A DNA stretch of 53,989 nucleotides from Candidatus Woesearchaeota archaeon (GCA_964609265.1 CAZSQR010000002.1:1-53989); one strand, 5' to 3'. Positions 7,855 to 17,904 are shown, counted from the stretch's first letter. Notes: generated from the sequence alone by a model not told the origin. Translations and numbers: made by a program.

Positions 7855-8187
7855 ATGAAAGAAAAGTACTATCATCCTGTTAATTTAAAGGGTGTAGATG
7901 CGGATTACAAGCTGGAAAAACTTGATAGGATGCTTAAGAAAGAGGGAGCAAAAGTTATTAAAATTGAAGAGAGCCTCTTTCCTTTAACAACTTCTTTGGT
8001 TTACGAGTTTGATGACTCTAATCTTTATTTAAAACGAAAGCAGGAAATAGGTCGTTTTATACCGCCTCTTAATGCTGAATTATCATTCCAGATTGAGGGC
8101 TCAAGCCAGAAGCTAAGAAAAATTCTTGAAAGTATATTTTATGAAGATTATATCCCTCATAAAAGGATAAAAGATCAAGTGAAATAA
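7855..8187 (+). CDS. hypothetical protein
   Basis: 110-aa ATG ORF in an otherwise empty interval. No recognisable motifs. Confidence 0.45.
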   Translation: MKEKYYHPVNLKGVDADYKLEKLDRMLKKEGAKVIKIEESLFPLTTSLVYEFDDSNLYLKRKQEIGRFIPPLNAELSFQIEGSSQKLRKILESIFYEDYIPHKRIKDQVK

Positions 8188-8330
8188 GCAAAAAGAAGTA
8201 GATAAAAGAAATTTTTTCTCATTAATTTTCTAAGAGATAGATTTTATTTTCTGAGAAAAATAACAGTTAGGTTTTTAATATCTGGATAGTTAAATAGGGT
8301 TATAATAAAAGAGGTAAGATAAAAAGAAAG

Positions 8331-9971
8331 ATGAAATCAGTGTGGATTTTGTTGCTTGCCCTTGTATGGCTTTATTTTGGGTATAGAGTTTATGGGAGAT
8401 TCGTTGAAAAAAGAATAAAGATTAACGATAAAAATATTACTCCTGCTGTAAAACAGAAAGATGAAATTGATTTCTCTCCGGCAAAAAAACCAATTTTGTT
8501 CGGGCATCATTTTGCTTCTATTGCCGGGGCAGGACCTATTATCGGGCCTATTATTGCAATAAGTTATTTTGGTTGGCTGCCGGTTGTTTTATGGGTTACC
8601 ATAGGTTCTGTTTTCATGGGAGCTGTACATGATTTTGTTTCTCTTATGGCTTCTGTTAGAAATAAAGCAAAAGGAATCTCGAGCATTGCTGAAAAATATC
8701 TAAGCTCAAGGGCGGGGACACTTTTTGGAATTATGATATTTATTACCCTTCTTCTTATAATAACTGTCTTTAGTGTTTCTGCGGCAGAGAGCATTATTGG
8801 ACGACCTGATTTGATCATACCTTTATTGACTATTACAACAACTGCGATTATCCTTGGATTTGGGACTCAAAAACTTAATTGGGACTATAAAATCTCTACA
8901 ATGATAGCTATGATTGTAATTTTTCTCTCTATTTGGGTGAGTGTAGGTGTCCCTATTAGTTTCACTATGGAAACAACTTTATTAAGAAATATTCTTATAA
9001 CAATAATTCTTTTGTATGCAGGAATTGCCTCTGTTGTTCCTGTCTGGATTCTTCTCAGACCAAGAGACTACTTAAGTTCAATACAACTGATGATACTTCT
9101 TTTACTGGGAATAATTGGGATTTTGGTTGTAAACCCCTCTGTTAATGCTCCTGCAAGAATCAGCGGAAGTGGATTCGCATTATGGCCAATCTTATTTATC
9201 ACAGTTGCATGTGGTGCCATCTCTGGATTTCATTCATTAATCGCGTCAGGAACAACCAGTAAACAGCTTCATAAAGAATCACATGGAAAAGCAATTGGTT
9301 ACGGAGGAATGATACTGGAAGCCTTGTTAGCAATAGTTGTCACAATTGTGGTAATTGCTGGATTGGGGTGGGGTGGGGGTGAAGGAAGTTTTCAGTTTGC
9401 TCTGGAGAAAGGATGGATAATTTTATTCTCTTCTGGTTTTGGGAATATTGTAGGTCATATGGGAATCCCGGTACTAACTGGAAGTTTTGTAGCATTGCTG
9501 GGAGCATTTATGGTAAACCAATTCATATTAACTTCAGTAGATACATCAACAAGATTAAACAGGTTTATAATTTCAGAGAAATTTTCAAAGGTTTTTGGTT
9601 CTTCAAGTTTAAAAAATAGAATCTTAATAATGTTTATTATACTGATTCCAGCATGGCTCTTGGCTGTTACAAACACATATGAAACTTTATGGAAGCTCTT
9701 TGGTAGTTCTAATCAGTTGATTGCAGCAGTATCTATGATAGTTGCAGCCTCTTTCTTTATTTCTAAAAAAACAAAAGTTAAATTTATTATAATTCCGGCA
9801 ATTTTTATGCTTATCACAACAATGGCAGCATTACTCTATTTAACATTTAGAACAGGAGGATATATTAGTGAAGAAAACTTCATTCTTGCAGGCATATCTC
9901 TGTTGATGTTTATCCTTGGGCTTTTTGTAGCAAAAGAAGGATTTCAGGTTTTAAGAAAAAAGAAATTATAA
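8331..9971 (+). CDS. cstA: carbon starvation protein CstA-family transporter
   Basis: Polytopic 546-aa protein with the CstA signature FGHHFASIAGAGPIIGPI. Confidence 0.8.
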   Translation: MKSVWILLLALVWLYFGYRVYGRFVEKRIKINDKNITPAVKQKDEIDFSPAKKPILFGHHFASIAGAGPIIGPIIAISYFGWLPVVLWVTIGSVFMGAVHDFVSLMASVRNKAKGISSIAEKYLSSRAGTLFGIMIFITLLLIITVFSVSAAESIIGRPDLIIPLLTITTTAIILGFGTQKLNWDYKISTMIAMIVIFLSIWVSVGVPISFTMETTLLRNILITIILLYAGIASVVPVWILLRPRDYLSSIQLMILLLLGIIGILVVNPSVNAPARISGSGFALWPILFITVACGAISGFHSLIASGTTSKQLHKESHGKAIGYGGMILEALLAIVVTIVVIAGLGWGGGEGSFQFALEKGWIILFSSGFGNIVGHMGIPVLTGSFVALLGAFMVNQFILTSVDTSTRLNRFIISEKFSKVFGSSSLKNRILIMFIILIPAWLLAVTNTYETLWKLFGSSNQLIAAVSMIVAASFFISKKTKVKFIIIPAIFMLITTMAALLYLTFRTGGYISEENFILAGISLLMFILGLFVAKEGFQVLRKKKL

Positions 9972-9973
9972 TT

Positions 9974-10123
9974 TTATTTCTTTCCAAGAAGTTCTCTCTG
10001 ATTTATAATCATAATTATAACAGCACCAATGATGAACATCCAGTTAACACTAAAAGTAAGAAAAATAAAACCTAATGCAATTATCGAAAGAACAGCAACT
10101 TTGATGTTTGGCTTTTTTGTCAT
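9974..10123 (-). CDS. small two-helix membrane protein (49 aa), not in ORF track
   Basis: MTKKPNIKVAVLSIIALGFIFLTFSVNWMFIIGAVIIMIINQRELLGKK. Its ATG overlaps the TGA of the upstream HAD gene (ATGA at 10120-10123), which suggests translational coupling. Confidence 0.45.
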   Translation of the reverse strand: MTKKPNIKVAVLSIIALGFIFLTFSVNWMFIIGAVIIMIINQRELLGKK

Positions 10124-10770
10124 GTTTTTATACTTATTTTTTTAAGATCTTTTCTTAGTTGTTTATTGTTTTTGAACAGAATTGTTTTCATACCAAGTTT
10201 TTTTGCAGGTTTTATATTCCATTCTTGATTGTCAATAAAAAGACAATTTTTTGCAGAAATTTTCAGTTTTTTGGGAATTAATTTATAAATTTTTGGATTT
10301 GGCTTTCTCATCCCAACATCACAGGAAATAACAATTGGATTAAAATTATTTTTTAATTTTAGGTTTACAAGGGCTTCTTTTGAAAGATACCACTGATCTG
10401 AGAGAATTGCGATCTTATAACTTCTTTTCTTCAATTTTAAGGCTTGTTTAAACAATTGTTCGTTAAATTTGAAATGTTTTTTATATTCCTTAAGATACAA
10501 TCTTTCTAATTTTTTAACAGAGATTTTAAGATTTTTTGCCATTGTTTCTAATGCGTCTTGTTCTGGAATTTTACCTTCAATAGAATCAGCATAAGACGTA
10601 TCAATTGCATCAAAATATTGGTCTAGTGAAAGTTTGAGTTTCTTTGAGACAGAATTATGAACTCCAAGGGTTCTATGATTTTTATATGGTTTTTTGGGAT
10701 ATCTCCCAACTTGCAAAACTCCTCCAATATCAAAAATGATTGCTTTAATTTTTGTTTTTGCTCTTTTCAT
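10120..10770 (-). CDS. HAD-superfamily hydrolase
   Basis: Motif I IIFDIGGVL, motif II ILSDQ, and a distal CLFIDNQ acidic motif. Confidence 0.75.
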   Translation of the reverse strand: MKRAKTKIKAIIFDIGGVLQVGRYPKKPYKNHRTLGVHNSVSKKLKLSLDQYFDAIDTSYADSIEGKIPEQDALETMAKNLKISVKKLERLYLKEYKKHFKFNEQLFKQALKLKKRSYKIAILSDQWYLSKEALVNLKLKNNFNPIVISCDVGMRKPNPKIYKLIPKKLKISAKNCLFIDNQEWNIKPAKKLGMKTILFKNNKQLRKDLKKISIKT

Positions 10771-10842
10771 TTACTTACTAGAGAAAGGAACTGTTTTTAA
10801 GAGTTTTTGTATGGAAATAAGAATCCCCCTTTCTAAGAAAAA

Positions 10843-11511
10843 CTAAGCACACCATTCACATGTCTCTTTTGGACAATCTCCTTCAAGAAGTTCTAAAGCC
10901 TTCTCCCAGGTCTCCTCAGCCATTTTAACATCTACTTTCATCTTAACTAATTCTGTATCAAAAATAACTTCACCAGTAGCCATGACTTCTTTAGGAATAT
11001 AAAATAACAGAAAGAAAAAATCTTCTGTTTTGTAGCCATTTTTTCTCAGAAGAAAATTGTAAATGTTTTGCTGAAGCCTGTAATGCTCTGCCGTATCTTC
11101 TTTCGTTGGATAACCTCTTGTTTTATAATCAAGAACAATAAGTTTTTCTCCTTTTACAAGAATATTATCAACTGCTCCGCGGAGTTCATTACCTTTTTTA
11201 TCTATAAAAGAAATGCCTTTAAAATTATTCTGCCAAATTTTCAATTTCTCCTTATCACCAAAAAGCTTCATCTCTGTACATTCATGATTATCACAAAGTT
11301 CTGGAGGAAGCTCTCCTCTGTCTCTGAATTTATCAAAATGATTCTTTAAAATTCTGTCCATCCCAGAAGGCAGGCTCGGGAAAATACCTGCAGGTCTTTT
11401 CCATATTTTATGTTGAGTTAGCCAGAAACATCTAGGGCATTCTTTCATTAAAGACAACGAAGACGGTGACAACCTAAATTTTTTGTTCTCTGTAGTTATT
11501 TTATCAGACAT
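10843..11511 (-). CDS. PD-(D/E)XK nuclease, Cas4/RecB-like with Cys cluster
   Basis: N-terminal CPRCFW, core GAVDNILV...LIVLDYKT (D...D/ExK), and C-terminal CPKETCEWC (C-x5-C-x2-C), as in Cas4-type Fe-S nucleases. The track start 11526 is TTG. ATG 11511 lies 1 nt after the integrase stop. Confidence 0.7.
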   Translation of the reverse strand: MSDKITTENKKFRLSPSSLSLMKECPRCFWLTQHKIWKRPAGIFPSLPSGMDRILKNHFDKFRDRGELPPELCDNHECTEMKLFGDKEKLKIWQNNFKGISFIDKKGNELRGAVDNILVKGEKLIVLDYKTRGYPTKEDTAEHYRLQQNIYNFLLRKNGYKTEDFFFLLFYIPKEVMATGEVIFDTELVKMKVDVKMAEETWEKALELLEGDCPKETCEWCA

Positions 11512-11512
11512 T

Positions 11513-12340
11513 TTATAAATTATCAATCGGCGAAGGAATCTTTTTCAATTCCTCTGTTGAAATGTGAGTATATATTTGTGTTGTTGATAAATCAGCATGA
11601 CCTAAAAGTTCCTGTATTTTTCTTATGTCTATTCCATTTTCGAGCAAATGTGTTGCAAAACTGTGTCTTAAGGTATGGGGATGAACTTGTTTTTTTATTT
11701 CTGCTTTCTTTGCTGCGATTCTTACTATTTTTTGAAGGTTTCTATCAGAAAGTTTTCCTTTAGGGCCTGTAAAAAGATATTCTTTTTTTCCTTCTCTCTG
11801 TTTTTTAGCCTGCTTTTTCAGAGATTTTAACAAAAACCTTGGGATGTTAAAGATTCTGTCCTTTCTTCCTTTGCCCATTCTGACATGCCCAATCATCTCT
11901 TCAAAATCTAAATCAGAAATCTTCAAATTTAGCAGCTCTGAAACTCTGAAGCCACAAGCATAAGTCAAACTTACCATTAATCTGCTTTTTTTTGTTGAAA
12001 TAGCAGCTAAAAGTCTTTTTAATTCATCTTTTGTTAGAACAGCCGGAATTTTTCTCTCCCTTCTCGGCCTTTTTATGCCTGCTGTAATATCTTTGTTCAA
12101 AATATTTGAAAATGCGAACCTTAATGCAGATAGAAAAACAATAATTGTTGAAGCTGCTTGCTCTGTTAATTTTTCAGCCATGTAGGATTTGACATCATCT
12201 GTGGTAACTTCGTCGGGAGATTTTTTTGTGAAGTTGAGGAGTTCTTCATTAGCCCGAAGATAATTGCGAATTGTGTAGTTTGAGTTTTTTGAGATTTTTA
12301 ATTCTGTTTCAAGTTTTTGTAGGAAGGTTGTGGGGGTCAT
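11513..12340 (-). CDS. tyrosine recombinase (XerA/XerC-like integrase)
   Basis: Catalytic signature ...GFRVSELL...GKGRKDR...HPHTLRHSFATHLL...LGHADLSTTQIYTHI (R..K..HxxR..H..Y). Confidence 0.9.
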   Translation of the reverse strand: MTPTTFLQKLETELKISKNSNYTIRNYLRANEELLNFTKKSPDEVTTDDVKSYMAEKLTEQAASTIIVFLSALRFAFSNILNKDITAGIKRPRRERKIPAVLTKDELKRLLAAISTKKSRLMVSLTYACGFRVSELLNLKISDLDFEEMIGHVRMGKGRKDRIFNIPRFLLKSLKKQAKKQREGKKEYLFTGPKGKLSDRNLQKIVRIAAKKAEIKKQVHPHTLRHSFATHLLENGIDIRKIQELLGHADLSTTQIYTHISTEELKKIPSPIDNL

Positions 12341-12882
12341 TTTGAATATAAATTACCTACTTGAATTTTTCTGTGATGGAAGAAAAGTATCCTTTCAATA
12401 TCTCTAACATTTAAATTAAATTCTCTTGCATATTCTCTTAAGATAGTAAGATAAAGAATATAATCATTTAAGTTAAATCCTTGTCCACTAGGTTTAGTTT
12501 TCACTTCGTCATAAAGATGAAGTAATTGCCATACTCTAATATCTATTATCCCATAATTTTCAGGGTCAATTATTGTTAATAATGCAGAAGCAACTGCAAT
12601 AGACACACCCTTTAATTCGGTCAACAATTTTATTTTTGTTTTTTCATCTGAAACTAAAGCACTCTTAGAGATTTCTATGATTGTCTGTTCGGGATTTCTT
12701 AAATAATTTTTTTTAGGTCTTGGGCTTTTCCACATTGCCACATTGTAAAATTGGTTTTGTGACAAAAAACCCTTTGTTTTAACGTCGTGGAGTAAATTAA
12801 ATAATTTTTTTGCTTCAGCAGTTTCTGGGGTGTCTAAATTATTTTCTATTAAAATTTTTAGATTTGGATACTCTTTTTTCAT
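12337..12882 (-). CDS. hypothetical protein with HhH-GPD-like motif
   Basis: LKGVSIAVASALLTIIDPENYGIIDIRVW resembles the helix-hairpin-helix plus downstream Asp pattern of Ogg2/EndoIII-type glycosylases, but without the HhH lysine. The stop overlaps the integrase ATG (ATGA). Confidence 0.4.
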   Translation of the reverse strand: MKKEYPNLKILIENNLDTPETAEAKKLFNLLHDVKTKGFLSQNQFYNVAMWKSPRPKKNYLRNPEQTIIEISKSALVSDEKTKIKLLTELKGVSIAVASALLTIIDPENYGIIDIRVWQLLHLYDEVKTKPSGQGFNLNDYILYLTILREYAREFNLNVRDIERILFFHHRKIQVGNLYSK

Positions 12883-12956
12883 AATGATTGTACGAACCTT
12901 TGGTTTATATGGTTTTGGATGGAAAAATATAATTAGTTGGAAGAACTACTTAAACT

Positions 12957-13676
12957 ATGGATAAATACAAAAAATTCACCGCAAGAGTTGAAAATCTAAT
13001 AAAAGAGTTTGACGAAAAAATTATGATTAAAAGAAAATCTTACAGGTCAGTCTATGGGGAGACTATCTATTTTTATTCTAAAGAAGATTATGGCCAAATT
13101 TCTGAGTGGTTAATGAAAGTAGAAAATATACTTGTCATTATTTTTTCAGAGGATAGTCCACAAGTTAAGAGATTTGATGTTTTTAGGGAGAAACTGATAA
13201 AAGGGGATTTGAAAGCAAAAGAGGCGTATCCAATAATAGAAAGTATTAGAGGTTTAGTTAAAGCGTGTTTAGATGATATAAAAGAGGGTTTTTTGCAAGG
13301 GCAAGAGTTCATTATTGCGAACGAAGTATTTGATTCTGTTTTAGAAGAAGCAAGATTTTTTTTAAAAGAACAGAAAAATAAAGATATCTCTGCCATTCTA
13401 TTAAGAATTGTTCTAGGAGATGCATTAAAAAGAATTTCGGAAAGAGAAGGAATTGAAATATTAGATAGTAATGGAAAGGGTAAAAAATTTTCAACATTAA
13501 ATGATGAATTAAAAGCAAAAGAAATTTACAACCAAACAACATGGAGACAAATTTTATCTTGGTTGGATGCTGGCAATGAAGCAGCCCATGGAAATTTTGA
13601 TAAATATAATTTTCAAGATGTTGAAATGTTTTATGAAGGAATAAACAATTTTATGTCAAATCACTTTCAAAAATAA
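12957..13676 (+). CDS. hypothetical protein with C-terminal DUF4145/HEPN-like helix pair
   Basis: C-terminal ...ILLRIVLGDALKRI...WLDAGNEAAHGNFD... resembles the GN..aH motif of DUF4145. The upstream Arg of the Rx4-6H motif is not present. Confidence 0.4.
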   Translation: MDKYKKFTARVENLIKEFDEKIMIKRKSYRSVYGETIYFYSKEDYGQISEWLMKVENILVIIFSEDSPQVKRFDVFREKLIKGDLKAKEAYPIIESIRGLVKACLDDIKEGFLQGQEFIIANEVFDSVLEEARFFLKEQKNKDISAILLRIVLGDALKRISEREGIEILDSNGKGKKFSTLNDELKAKEIYNQTTWRQILSWLDAGNEAAHGNFDKYNFQDVEMFYEGINNFMSNHFQK

Positions 13677-13799
13677 TCTCCAAACTCGCCTTTGGCAGAG
13701 TTTTCCGAAAAAGATGAAGTTAATGCTAAAAAAGGCTCAAATAAGTAGGGTTGTGACAATATAGGTTGTACGAAGTATTTACTCGTAAAGGCTGGTTTT

Positions 13800-14132
13800 T
13801 TAGAAAAAACTATTTTTGAGAGCAATATCTCCTTCTTGGAGTCCTTGTCCAGGAATGTCCTTTTTTAGATTCTTAGGTTTCTGTAGACATAGTGAGCTTT
13901 GTTTAATATCCTTTTCTAATTTTAATATGGTTTTTTTATTCCCAAAGCAAGTAAGTATTGTCTTGGTTCCTTTATCTTTATTCCAATAATTGTAAAAATC
14001 AAGAGTGATTCCATAAGGATGATGATAGATTTCCTTTTCTTGCCCATTATCCTGTTTTATAACCACAAGTTCAGAAACCTTTTTCAAATCATAAAATAAC
14101 TTATGTTTTCCATTATAAAGTACTTTTTCCAT
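13800..14132 (-). CDS. hypothetical protein
   Basis: 110-aa ATG ORF. No motifs recognised. Confidence 0.4.
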   Translation of the reverse strand: MEKVLYNGKHKLFYDLKKVSELVVIKQDNGQEKEIYHHPYGITLDFYNYWNKDKGTKTILTCFGNKKTILKLEKDIKQSSLCLQKPKNLKKDIPGQGLQEGDIALKNSFF

Positions 14133-14209
14133 CTAATAAATTGGTATTTGGCTTTTTATTAATTTCTGTGGTAAGAAATCTATTTTTTATTCTGTGCACT
14201 AAGGTAAAC

Positions 14210-14542
14210 TTAGTTATTCTTGTTAAACTTGTTTATGAGAATTATGCCAACAACTGCTAAAAAAGTTGTAATCAATGCTGTGTAAAGTAGTGTTAAAGAT
14301 TCAGGAAAATCAAAAGATAGATTTGTTATAATCTTATCTGTATATGCCTTTATTACATCTCTCCAAGCAAAGGCAATAAGAAAACCAAAAGCAGCAGTGA
14401 TAGCTAAGGTAAATTGTTTTTTAGTTTCATTTTTTAATGCTAGAGCAGCTTGCCTTGCTCTTTGTCTAGCTGTTTTTGTTTCTTTTTTTTGTTCTTTAAG
14501 GTCTTCTTTAAGTTCTTTTATTTTTTCTTTCTCTGACATCAT
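14210..14542 (-). CDS. small membrane protein with charged N-terminal coiled segment
   Basis: KE-rich N-terminus followed by two hydrophobic helices (LAITAAFGFLIAFAW; LLYTALITTFLAVVGIILI). Confidence 0.55.
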   Translation of the reverse strand: MMSEKEKIKELKEDLKEQKKETKTARQRARQAALALKNETKKQFTLAITAAFGFLIAFAWRDVIKAYTDKIITNLSFDFPESLTLLYTALITTFLAVVGIILINKFNKNN

Positions 14543-14687
14543 ATTGTTATATTATTTGTTATATTTAAATATTTGGCTGCTAAATTTTTGTATTAATTTT
14601 ATTTCCTTGGGGTTTGTGCACTAAGGTTATCTTTATGAACAAGATTATAGATCAAGATTATAAGGTTATATTGGCTGTTTATGAACT

Positions 14688-14716
14688 AAACAGCTGTTTA
14701 GTGGTGTTCAAACAGG
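14688..14716. promoter_or_regulatory. candidate operator: palindrome AAACAGCTGTTT plus GTGTTCAAACAGG, both repeated inside the downstream CDS
   Basis: The 13-mer AAACAGCTGTTTA (14688-14700) recurs at 15145-15157. The 13-mer GTGTTCAAACAGG (14704-14716) recurs at 15172-15184. Confidence 0.4.
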
Positions 14717-14755
14717 CTGTTTGGGTGTGTTTTTTGAAAATTTTTATTAAAAAAA

Positions 14756-14801
14756 GGGGGATTTTAGATAATTTTTAAGATTTTGATTAGAAGAAATCCC
14801 C
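14756..14801. repeat. 8-bp perfect inverted repeat GGGGATTT / AAATCCCC with ~29-nt spacer
   Basis: Read directly. It lies 67 nt upstream of the ATG at 14868. Confidence 0.5.
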
Positions 14802-14867
14802 TCAATAAAAATTATTTTTATCGTCGAAAAACAAAAGATTTTTAAATACAGAAAAGTAAATAATTCT

Positions 14868-15491
14868 ATGTTTTGGTGGTTTTTTGGAAAAAAAGAGGTT
14901 GAAGGACTAAAAAGAGATACAAAGAAAGGTTTTGATGATGTAAAAAAAGACCTGACTTCTTTAAGTACTTGGATTAAATATCTTGAATCTGAAAAAAATT
15001 CACAAAAAAAAGATATAGATGAAGTAAAAAGAATTTTATCGACGATAGAAAATGAAATTGAAGGATTAAAAAATGTTGTTTCTATTGCTAATGAATTAAA
15101 ACCAAACAGGCAAAACCAAACAGGCAAACAGGTGTTTAGAAAACAAACAGCTGTTTATGCTGTTCAAACAGGTGTTCAAACAGGTGTTCAAACACCAAAT
15201 TTTGATCAATTTTCAGTAACTGAAAGAGCAATAATATGGGTACTAATAAATACAGACATGAAACTCAGTTATGATGATATTGCAGCTATTCTGGGAAAAG
15301 AGAGATCTACAATAAGGGGGCATTTAAACCGTATAAAACAAAAAAGTGATGGTATGATTGAAGAAACTGTTGAAAAAAATGGTAAAAAAAGACTATTTAT
15401 TCCTGAAAATATAAAAGAAAAGATACTCAAAAAGTCAAAAGTGAGAGTTAAGAGTAAGGAAACCAATAAGAAAAAAGAAGAAAAGTTGTAA
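14868..15491 (+). CDS. coiled-coil + repeat linker + winged-helix DNA-binding protein (paralog A)
   Basis: N-terminal F..VKKDL..L coiled coil, a linker with VQTGVQTGVQT, and a C-terminal HTH (SVTERAIIWVLIN...LSYDDIAAILGKERSTIRGHLNRIKQK). Confidence 0.65.
   Translation: MFWWFFGKKEVEGLKRDTKKGFDDVKKDLTSLSTWIKYLESEKNSQKKDIDEVKRILSTIENEIEGLKNVVSIANELKPNRQNQTGKQVFRKQTAVYAVQTGVQTGVQTPNFDQFSVTERAIIWVLINTDMKLSYDDIAAILGKERSTIRGHLNRIKQKSDGMIEETVEKNGKKRLFIPENIKEKILKKSKVRVKSKETNKKKEEKL
15161..15194. repeat. 12-nt tandem repeat TGTTCAAACAGG x2.8 inside CDS
   Basis: Read directly. It encodes (VQTG)n. AAACAG occurs about 7 times between 15100 and 15190. Confidence 0.9.
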
Positions 15492-15559
15492 AAAAGAATT
15501 AGTAAATATAAAAATTTGAATAGTGAGGGAAGTTATTCGGTAAGCGGAAAAAGTGGATA

Positions 15560-16336
<777 letters not shown>

Positions 16337-16401
16337 AAAAAACTAAAAAGCTGGAAGTATAAAAACTTTCAGTTAATGGAAAATATAAATTATCAATAAA
16401 G

Positions 16402-16677
16402 TTACATGTCAGAAGTTGCTCTTTTGTAAATCTCATATGCCTTGTCACTTAATTTCCATCTTGACCTTTTCAGATATTCTTTTCCTGAAGAATTTTTTTT
16501 GATTTCATTAACAAGGCTTTGTTTTTTCAAATCAAGAAGTAGCTTTTTTGTGAACTCTTCATCTCGCGCAACGTCCCTGGCTATATGTGAAGTAAATAAT
16601 GATTTTGGCATATTAGAATAAAGAAATGCAAGGATTTGTTCTGATATTTTCTTCCTTTTTTCTTCAGAAATTTTCAT
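16402..16677 (-). CDS. small winged-helix protein (putative transcription regulator)
   Basis: 91 aa. ISEQILAFLYSN...FTSHIARDVARDEEFTKKLLLDLKKQSLV has a wHTH-like pattern. Confidence 0.5.
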   Translation of the reverse strand: MKISEEKRKKISEQILAFLYSNMPKSLFTSHIARDVARDEEFTKKLLLDLKKQSLVNEIKKNSSGKEYLKRSRWKLSDKAYEIYKRATSDM

Positions 16678-16713
16678 AGAAAGAGTAAGTTGAAAGGGTT
16701 TTAATTTCTTTCT

Positions 16714-17124
16714 TTATTTTTTCTTAAAAGAAGGTATCGGCATGTGAAGAGGTAAATTTAATTCTTCTTCAAGATAAAGTGCTTTAAGTGTTGATTTTTT
16801 GAGAATAATATTAAATAATAAATATCTAAAATCATCAGGCATTTTTTTATTTTTCCACTTCTGCAGAACTTCTTTGGCTAATTTAGGCTCGATAGAAACA
16901 AAAAGCTTTCCTTTGAGATCAACTTTTGCAATTTTTGGCTCATAATTGACTACAAATGTAAACTCTATCCCTATAACTTTGTCCTTTGTTTTTAAAAGAT
17001 CTGTTTTGACTTCTTTTATCTCAGAAACATCTATAGAAGTTTTTATTTTTAATTTGCTAACATCAAAGGACTCTTTGAGCTTTTCAACACTTATTTTTGT
17101 AAAATTAAAACCGACGATTCTCAT
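16714..17124 (-). CDS. hypothetical protein (possible SecB-like fold)
   Basis: The track start 17178 is TTG. ATG 17124 has an upstream A/T box. The pattern IVGFNFTKISVEK...IGIEFTFVV...FRYLLFNIILKKS...LNLPLHMPIPSF loosely resembles SecB-family chaperones. Confidence 0.45.
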   Translation of the reverse strand: MRIVGFNFTKISVEKLKESFDVSKLKIKTSIDVSEIKEVKTDLLKTKDKVIGIEFTFVVNYEPKIAKVDLKGKLFVSIEPKLAKEVLQKWKNKKMPDDFRYLLFNIILKKSTLKALYLEEELNLPLHMPIPSFKKK

Positions 17125-17190
17125 AATTAAATAAATTTTAAAGATGTTTTTAAACTTTTGTATTATTTTAAAAATCAATAATTTTCTTAA

Positions 17191-17451
17191 TTAAATAAGA
17201 TCTTCTTCTGAAACAATCACAAAATCACCAACAGCTATAATTGCTGTATATGGTATTAAAAGCTCTTTCTTATTTGTTTTTTCTAGATTTAGATTCTTAG
17301 TATAAGGTGTTGAATCTTTTACAACAATATTTATCAATTCTCCAGATCTTGTCTCAAAAGTTATATCTCTAACAAAACCAAGTCTTTTCCCTTCTTTTGT
17401 GACAATCATCTTTCCAACAATACTTTTGAAAGGGTTTTTGCTTTCTGGCAT
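17191..17451 (-). CDS. PRC-barrel domain protein
   Basis: 86 aa. IVGKMIVTKEGKRLGFVRDITFETRSGELINIVV...IPYTAIIAVGDFVIV is typical of PRC barrels. Confidence 0.7.
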   Translation of the reverse strand: MPESKNPFKSIVGKMIVTKEGKRLGFVRDITFETRSGELINIVVKDSTPYTKNLNLEKTNKKELLIPYTAIIAVGDFVIVSEEDLI

Positions 17452-17524
17452 AATTGTTTCAGATGAGAATAATATATAAACTTTTCTGTAAATTTAAATA
17501 GATTTTAGAAGCAATACCTTATGA

Positions 17525-17553
17525 CCCACCCCTTGATTTCTATTGGAAAGGTT
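17525..17553 (-). promoter_or_regulatory. origin recognition box ORB1 (with G-string)
   Basis: The reverse complement reads TTTCCAATAGAAATCAAGGGGTGGG: a TCCA..GAAA dyad plus a GGGG element, as in described archaeal ORBs. Confidence 0.7.
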
Positions 17554-17632
17554 TAAAAAAGAATTTTTAGTTTTTTTTAATAACTTCTTCATTTTTAAAA
17601 ATTTATATTGTATAGTATATATATAATATATA

Positions 17633-17671
<39 letters not shown>

Positions 17672-17730
17672 TTTCTAATTCTTAATTTTTTATTTCTTTC
17701 TTTATTAGTTGATTTTTATAATAAATTTAA

Positions 17731-17752
17731 ATTTCCACTGGAAATATAGGTG
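17731..17752 (+). promoter_or_regulatory. origin recognition box ORB2
   Basis: TTTCCACTGGAAATATAGGTG. Confidence 0.7.
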
Positions 17753-17828
17753 TTTTTCTTTATTAGTAGTTATAATCTTTTATATAATAACAAGATTTTT
17801 TCCCGATGGTTTTTAGTGTGTTTTTGTA

Positions 17829-17851
17829 ATTTTCCATAGGAAATAGATGTG
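17829..17851 (+). promoter_or_regulatory. origin recognition box ORB3
   Basis: TTTCCATAGGAAATAGATGTG. Same orientation as ORB2, 54 nt upstream of the orc1 ATG. Confidence 0.65.
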
Positions 17852-17904
17852 TTGGTCTGTGGTAATTTATATATAATTTAAAAATTAATAATAAATTTTA
17901 AAAA

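Noticed and set aside
14193-14627. 13-nt direct repeat TGTGCACTAAGGT (14193-14205 and 14615-14627) flanking the small membrane-protein gene; considered as att or target-site duplication
   Set aside because: A single 13-mer match within about 420 bp is only marginally unexpected by chance. No recombinase, terminal inverted repeats or tRNA target are associated with it, and the enclosed 333-nt gene is not mobile-element-like.
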